A DNA stretch of 2,862 nt, filler included, from an uncultured virus (IMG/VR IMGVR_UViG_2061766007_004349) (taxonomy: Duplodnaviria; Heunggongvirae; Uroviricota; Caudoviricetes). It is 2 parts of one record of this genome, joined end to end, with 100 filler letters (N's around TTAATTAATTAA, not from the genome) between each part and the next. Parts side by side here need not be neighbours in the genome. Positions count along the whole stretch, not along the records: positions 1 to 88 come from IMGVR_UViG_2061766007_004349; positions 189 to 2,862 come from IMGVR_UViG_2061766007_004349. The stretch is one strand, 5' to 3'. The stretch's first letter is position 1. The number at the start of each line of letters is the position of its first letter. Below, piece after piece: positions 1-2,862 of the stretch. The notes under the pieces were generated by a model that saw only the letters and a program-made list of their open reading frames with translations, was not told the DNA's origin and ran no database searches. The position numbers were made by a program, and so were the translations under genes.

Positions 1-29
1 TTATGTTTTGTTCTGAATGAAAGCATTCT

Positions 30-73
30 AAAGAAAACGCCCGCAATCACAATGATAAAACCAGATTGCGGGC
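30..73 (-). terminator. Putative rho-independent terminator (minus strand) at the end of the preceding contig
   Basis: Perfect 10-bp inverted repeat GCCCGCAATC (39-48) / GATTGCGGGC (64-73) with a 15-nt loop. On the minus strand it is followed by GTTTTCTTT (complement of 30-38). The associated gene is not visible. Confidence 0.6.
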
Positions 74-88
74 TTGCCCATCATGTTG

Positions 89-188
89 NNNNNNNNNNNN
101 NNNNNNNNNNNNNNNNNNNNNNNNNNNNNNNNTTAATTAATTAANNNNNNNNNNNNNNNNNNNNNNNNNNNNNNNNNNNNNNNNNNNN
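89..188. other. Artificial contig-concatenation linker (not biological)
   Basis: Exactly 44 N (89-132) + TTAATTAATTAA (133-144, stop codons in all six frames) + 44 N (145-188), 100 bp in total. Sequence on either side comes from different contigs. Confidence 0.97.
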
Positions 189-189
189 T

Positions 190-279
190 CTGAAGGACAT
201 CTGCGCGGCTTCGAACGTCCGTCTGACCCATCACGAATGGTATGAACTGTATCTCGCTTCCGGAAAATTCCTGCCCTGA
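190..279 (+). CDS. 3' end (29 aa) of an aldo/keto reductase family oxidoreductase (YdhF/YcsN-like); 5' part lies beyond the contig edge
   Basis: My translation from 190 (not in the ORF track): LKDICAASNVRLTHHEWYELYLASGKFLP*, stop TGA 277-279. It matches the C-terminal 'xLTxxEWYxxYxAxGxxLP' pattern I recognise from YdhF/YcsN-type AKRs. Confidence 0.8.
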   Translation: MKDICAASNVRLTHHEWYELYLASGKFLP

Positions 280-310
280 TAACCATAGGATGAGCGGATG
301 CTTGCGGCCT

Positions 311-344
311 GGCAGATCGTCCTTCACAGGGCCTGCGATCTGTC
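311..344 (+). terminator. Weak hairpin downstream of the AKR stop; possible terminator or stability stem
   Basis: GGCAGATCG (311-319) pairs with CGATCTGTC (336-344) with one G.U pair. There is no convincing U-tract after it. Confidence 0.3.
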
Positions 345-455
345 TATCTGCAGTCTGGCATGCCAGGGGACCGATTCGCGATTCCCGCCTATGTACGCGT
401 AAAGAAGATTAACTTGAGAAGAATTGTAAAGTGTGCATAGTGGTATCCCAAAACG

Positions 456-482
456 TTGTCCACCTTGTCCACCTTGTCCACC
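456..482 (+). repeat. Perfect tandem 9-bp repeat TTGTCCACC x3
   Basis: Units at 456-464, 465-473 and 474-482, read directly from the sequence. Confidence 0.95.
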
Positions 483-492
483 TCAAACCCCC

Positions 493-552
493 AAAAATGA
501 AAAAAGCTGGCGGCATCGCTCCCCATCAGAGGAACAATGCCACCAGCTTTTT
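493..552 (-). terminator. Rho-independent terminator of the holin gene (possibly bidirectional)
   Basis: 22-bp stem 501-522 / 531-552 with an 8-nt loop. Its three mismatches are all C/A on the + strand, i.e. G.U wobbles in minus-strand RNA. The minus-strand tail is TTTTTTCATTTTT. The stem begins 3 nt after the holin stop at 556-558. Confidence 0.85.
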
Positions 553-555
553 CAA

Positions 556-645
556 CTATTCTTCCCCGCTTCCGTCAGGCGGATGACCGCCCCCACCCTT
601 TCCCTTAAACAGTTCCAGGGCCTGAAGCAGGATTCCCGGGATTTT
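556..645 (-). CDS. C-terminal fragment (29 aa) of a phage holin (toxin secretion/phage lysis holin, Phage_holin_4_1-like)
   Basis: My translation 645->556 (not in the ORF track): KIPGILLQALELFKGKGGGGHPPDGSGEE*. 'xIPxxLxxALExxK' followed by a charged tail is typical of the end of this holin family. It is cut by the 10-N gap at 646-655, and a matching more N-terminal piece is at 1797-1978. Confidence 0.72.
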   Translation of the reverse strand, partial: KIPGILLQALELFKGKGGGGHPPDGSGEE

Positions 646-657
646 NNNNNNNNNNCC

Positions 658-717
658 GTGGCGGGAGGGCTGTTCCGGCTGAGCGTGTATATGATGGATC
701 CCTCAGAATCGGAATGA
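658..717 (+). CDS. 3' end of an unknown gene, possibly a GHKL-domain sensor kinase
   Basis: VAGGLFRLSVYMMDPSESE*, stop TGA 715-717, followed by a strong terminator. 'GxFxLxV' resembles the last beta-strand of GHKL ATPase domains, but only 19 aa are visible. Confidence 0.4.
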   Translation: MAGGLFRLSVYMMDPSESE

Positions 718-736
718 AGGCCACCCCTGAACAGAC

Positions 737-776
737 AGATCGGCTTTTCCAGGCTGGAAAGGCCGGTCTTTTTCTT
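737..776 (+). terminator. Rho-independent terminator (+ strand)
   Basis: 15-bp stem AGATCGGCTTTTCCA (737-751) / TGGAAAGGCCGGTCT (755-769) with two G.U pairs on the + strand, followed by TTTTCTT. It starts about 20 nt after the stop at 717. Confidence 0.85.
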
Positions 777-826
777 CCCGCCCGCACAGCCGCAGGCCNN
801 NNNNNNNNNNNNNNNNNNNCCCCCTG

Positions 827-885
827 AAAAAGGGAGCTGTCTCCCCGGCCGGAACCATGGCCCCGGGAGACAGCTCTCTCCTTTT
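827..885 (-). terminator. Rho-independent (probably bidirectional) terminator downstream of the alpha/beta-hydrolase
   Basis: Perfect 12-bp stem GAGCTGTCTCCC (834-845) / GGGAGACAGCTC (865-876), with an inner GGCC/GGCC pair. AAAAA at 827-831 gives a minus-strand U-tract and CTTTT lies at 881-885. It sits about 40 nt past the stop at 919. Confidence 0.8.
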
Positions 886-918
886 CCCCTCGATCAACGT
901 CGGACGATGAAGGACGTC

Positions 919-1224
919 TCAGCGCACGGTGTGCGCCTGCAGGAATTCGTTCACACACACCATGGCACCGTTCAGCACTTTGCCGTGGAAGCCGTGCCCG
1001 ACACCCTCGATCATAATCAGCTTGGCGGAAGGATAGCCGGCCACCGCCGCCTCGGAATAGGAGGGCGGCACCAGGCGGTCTTCGCTTCCGTGCAGGATCA
1101 GCACATCGCCGGCGTACTTGATGACCTCCGGCAGATGGTCGTACTCCAGCACCGACTCATAGAAGGCACGGCCGATGGTGAAGTTCATCAGGTTTACTTC
1201 CTCAGGAACCTCGTCCAGGGAGCT
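919..1224 (-). CDS. C-terminal ~100 aa of an alpha/beta-fold hydrolase (esterase; resembles cinnamoyl/feruloyl esterase-type proteins), 5'-truncated
   Basis: Acid motif VLILHGSEDRLVP and catalytic-His motif IEGVGHGF. The frame extends upstream of the track's ATG (1188) as SSLDEVPEEVNL, then reaches an in-frame TAA at 1237-1239. The GxSxG nucleophile half is absent. Confidence 0.85.
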   Translation of the reverse strand, partial: SSLDEVPEEVNLMNFTIGRAFYESVLEYDHLPEVIKYAGDVLILHGSEDRLVPPSYSEAAVAGYPSAKLIMIEGVGHGFHGKVLNGAMVCVNEFLQAHTVR

Positions 1225-1282
1225 GATATGGAGACTTTATAATCAATATGGTAGTATTTGTAAGCATTCGAGAGCAAACATC

Positions 1283-1786
1283 ATCTTTGAAAGCATAAAT
1301 AATCGGCTCGTGCCGCATCTGGTAATCCATTCGTCCGATAACCAAGCTGTTCTTCACCCAAATGCAGGTTGTAGAGTAATGGAATCCTGCATCGACGGTA
1401 GCGTTGAAGAAATTGACCTTCTCCGCGTCAGAATGGAACGCGTAAAACGCGCCGCCGTCCGTCAGATTGTCATAAACATTTTTGAAAGCGTCGAGCAGGA
1501 ACTGGTAGAATTGTTGACTGTCCTTCCACTTGTCGTTCATTATTTTCAGACCAGTACCGCCTTCGATGTCGCAATTGTACGGCGGATCGGTGATGCAGAG
1601 ATTTGCTTTCTTTCCATCCATCAGAATAGCAACCTGCGCTGCGTCAGTAGAATCGCCGCACATAAGCCGGTGCTTTCCCAGCAGCCATACATCGCCGGGC
1701 CGTACAAAAGCTTCCGCTTCAGCGGCGGCATCGACATCAAAGTCATCATCTTTGACATCCTTGTCATGAACGTTGGAAAACAGATC
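1283..1786 (-). CDS. Central fragment of a phage-type DNA methyltransferase (N6-adenine/N4-cytosine, N6_N4_Mtase, beta-class layout); continuation of the gene starting at 2791
   Basis: Motifs PGDVWLLGKHRLMCGDST, catalytic ITDPPYN (DPPY at 1577-1588), CIWVKN and DYQMRHEPIIYAFKD. It starts at a 10-N gap, and recognisable homology stops at about 1283. The SAM-binding FxGxG motif is missing. Confidence 0.92.
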
Positions 1787-1796
1787 NNNNNNNNNN

Positions 1797-1978
1797 CTGA
1801 TGCTAACAGCGTGGTCCAGCAGCGCGGCCAGCAGCACCACCAGCAGGATCAGTGCCTTGTGCAGAAGGCCTTTGAACGCCTCGCCGCTGGAAAGCCCGCC
1901 GTGCTCGGTCTTGGGCGATTTCCCCATCACGGCGCAGATGATGCCCGTGAAGTAGTCAATGGTCATGATGGCCAACAA
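1797..1978 (-). CDS. Internal/N-proximal fragment of a phage holin (toxin secretion/phage lysis holin, Phage_holin_4_1-like)
   Basis: LLAIMTIDYFTGIICAVMGKSPKTEHGGLSSGEAFKGLLHKALILLVVLLAALLDHAVSI shows 'DYxTG', 'LSSxxxFKGLxxK' and a hydrophobic TM segment ending in D. Upstream of about 1979 the frame loses similarity and hits TGA at 2012-2014. Downstream it is cut by the 10-N gap at 1787-1796. Confidence 0.88.
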
Positions 1979-2006
1979 TGAGGCGCAACAAGTGCGATAG
2001 GTGAAT

Positions 2007-2115
2007 ATGCCTCATCAGAGGAAACTGGCCCCCCAGCGAATGAGGAAAGAACTGCAGCGGGCAGTTGATTTTCTGGACGATATGCTTGCAAACGGTCCTG
2101 TAGAGCACACCCTGA
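2007..2115 (+). CDS. Fragment of a hypothetical (probably phage) protein
   Basis: MPHQRKLAPQRMRKELQRAVDFLDDMLANGPVEHTL, preceded by a closely spaced AGGTG (1999-2003). 'AxxFLxxxLxxGPV' is reminiscent of helical/wHTH segments in phage replication proteins. It runs directly into antisense methyltransferase sequence at 2116. Confidence 0.35.
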
Positions 2116-2165
2116 TAGAATCGCCGCACATAAGCCGGTGCTTTCCCAGCAGCCATACGTCGCCG
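2116..2165 (-). repeat. Second copy of a 50-bp methyltransferase segment (GDVWLLGKHRLMCGDS), direct repeat of 1648-1697
   Basis: 49/50 identical. The single difference (G2159 vs A1691) is a synonymous Asp codon change, GAC vs GAT. Confidence 0.95.
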
Positions 2166-2226
2166 NNNNNNNNNNNNNNNNNNNNNNNNNNNNNNNNNNN
2201 NNNNNNNNNNNNNNNNNNNNNNNNNN

Positions 2227-2364
2227 ATCCACCTCTGCGGCGTCAAAGCCAGTGGAATCCAGATCATATCCGTTTGCTTTCAATTCAGACAGCAGATCCG
2301 CCAGCGCTACAGGCTCCCAGTCGCCGGTGGCTTTGTTGAGCACAATGTTCAACGCTTTTTCGTC
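2227..2364 (-). repeat. Second copy of a 138-bp segment of the ParB-methyltransferase gene, direct repeat of 2375-2512
   Basis: 133/138 identical by manual alignment (offset 148). All 5 differences are transitions: 4 synonymous and 1 Asp/Asn. It is bounded by N gaps on both sides. Confidence 0.95.
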
Positions 2365-2374
2365 NNNNNNNNNN

Positions 2375-2791
2375 GTCCACCTCTGCAGCGTCAAAGCCAG
2401 TGGAATTCAGATCATATCCGTTTGCCTTCAATTCAGACAGCAGATCCGCCAGCGCTACAGGTTCCCAGTCGCCGGTGGCTTTGTTGAGCACAATGTTCAA
2501 CGCTTTTTCGTCATCCGGATTCTCGATATGCACCACGACGCACATGATCTCCTGTACGCCCTCTGCTTTCAGCACCTTGAACCGCTGATGGCCGCCGACG
2601 ATATTTCCCGTGACCTCATTCCAAATGATGGGGTCGACATACCCAAAGTCATTCATCGAGCGCTTGATTTTCTCATAGGCGGGATCGCCCGGCTTCAGGT
2701 CTTTCCGCGGATTGTATTTTGCGGGTTTGAGTTTGGAAACGGGCACTTTTTGGATGTTCATTTCGGCAGGGGCAGAAGTGGTTGCAGCCAT
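2375..2791 (-). CDS. N-terminal 139 aa (ParB/Sulfiredoxin-like domain) of a phage ParB-domain DNA methyltransferase
   Basis: LKPAKYNPRKDL, IKRSMNDFGYVDPIIWN, NIVGGHQR and EKALNIVLNK are ParB/Srx N-terminal motifs. It ends GFDAAEVD at the 10-N gap (2365-2374). I prefer ATG 2791 over the track's TTG 2842 because of an upstream RBS. Confidence 0.9.
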
Positions 2792-2802
2792 TGAAAAATC
2801 AG

Positions 2803-2808
2803 TCCTTT
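2803..2808 (-). promoter_or_regulatory. Ribosome-binding site for the ParB-methyltransferase gene
   Basis: AAAGGA on the minus strand, 11 nt upstream of the ATG at 2791. Confidence 0.6.
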
Positions 2809-2862
2809 CGTAAGAATCGGCATGCGCCGGGAACAGGGCCAAAAATCGTTTCAGTTATGCGC

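Noticed and set aside
133..144. TTAATTAATTAA palindrome (overlapping PacI-like sites) as a biological motif
   Set aside because: It is centred in a symmetric 44N/44N block totalling 100 bp and has stops in all six frames, so it is an artificial contig spacer.
456..482. CRISPR array or captured-fragment array
   Set aside because: The units are 9 bp, head-to-tail, with no spacers. No recurring repeat separates the gene fragments elsewhere in the window.
433..717. 94-aa ORF with a CPPCPPCPP motif as a metal-binding or hinge protein
   Set aside because: The motif is just the translated 9-bp tandem repeat. The ORF crosses a terminator hairpin, the antisense holin end and an N gap. Only 658-717 plausibly codes.
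133..958. Minus-strand ORFs 133-327, 605-958 and 703-897
   Set aside because: They span N gaps, the linker or terminator hairpins and overlap better-supported features. No recognisable motifs.
1202..1978. 258-aa ORF suggesting a novel holin-methyltransferase fusion
   Set aside because: The two halves are in frame only through a 10-N placeholder gap (1787-1796). The methyltransferase half joins naturally to the ParB piece at 2375 instead.
1175..1981. 268-aa + strand ORF (and + strand ORFs 907-1242, 1530-1769, 1773-1955, 2138-2794, 2400-2588)
   Set aside because: These are antisense shadows of recognisable minus-strand genes with no motifs of their own, and several run across N gaps.
2227..2512. 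Diversity-generating retroelement TR/VR pair
   Set aside because: The differences are not adenine-specific on either strand (+ strand a/g, g/a, c/t, t/c, c/t) and are mostly synonymous. They lie mid-gene, and no reverse transcriptase is present.
1283..2791. Restriction-modification, DISARM/BREX-type defence system, or ParABS partition locus
   Set aside because: No restriction nuclease, helicase, ParA or other partner gene is in the window. The ParB-like domain is the N-terminus of a phage-type orphan methylase.
556..2791. Programmed gene scrambling or excision-element-interrupted genes
   Set aside because: The inner breaks coincide with assembly N gaps. No recombinase or flanking direct repeats are visible, so mis-scaffolding is the simpler explanation.
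2792..2842. 17-aa N-terminal extension from the TTG at 2842
   Set aside because: The extension contains the AAAGGA RBS positioned for ATG 2791, and I see no clear RBS in the 20 nt available upstream of 2842.

Overview
This window is not one continuous locus. Bases 89-188 are an artificial 100-bp contig linker (44 N + TTAATTAATTAA + 44 N). After it comes a scaffold of short, unrelated gene fragments, joined either by small N gaps or by apparently gapless chimeric junctions. The host-type pieces are the 3' ends of an aldo/keto reductase, a possible GHKL-type kinase and an alpha/beta-hydrolase (esterase), each followed by a hairpin. The prophage-type pieces are a ParB/Srx-domain + DPPY (N6-A/N4-C) DNA methyltransferase fusion gene and a Phage_holin_4_1-like holin. 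Both phage genes are split into two interleaved pieces whose broken ends sit on 10-N gaps. Part of the methyltransferase gene is present twice as two slightly diverged alleles, with mostly synonymous changes. No gene in the window is complete. The genes look Firmicutes/Clostridia-like, which is an inference from protein style only. I find no supportable new biological system. The most likely explanation is mis-scaffolding of a multi-copy or multi-strain prophage. The best leads for follow-up are the reconstructable ParB-methyltransferase with its two alleles and a tandem DnaA-box-like 9-mer array (TTGTCCACC x3) beyond the holin terminator. All family calls are from motif recognition by eye; no database search was run.
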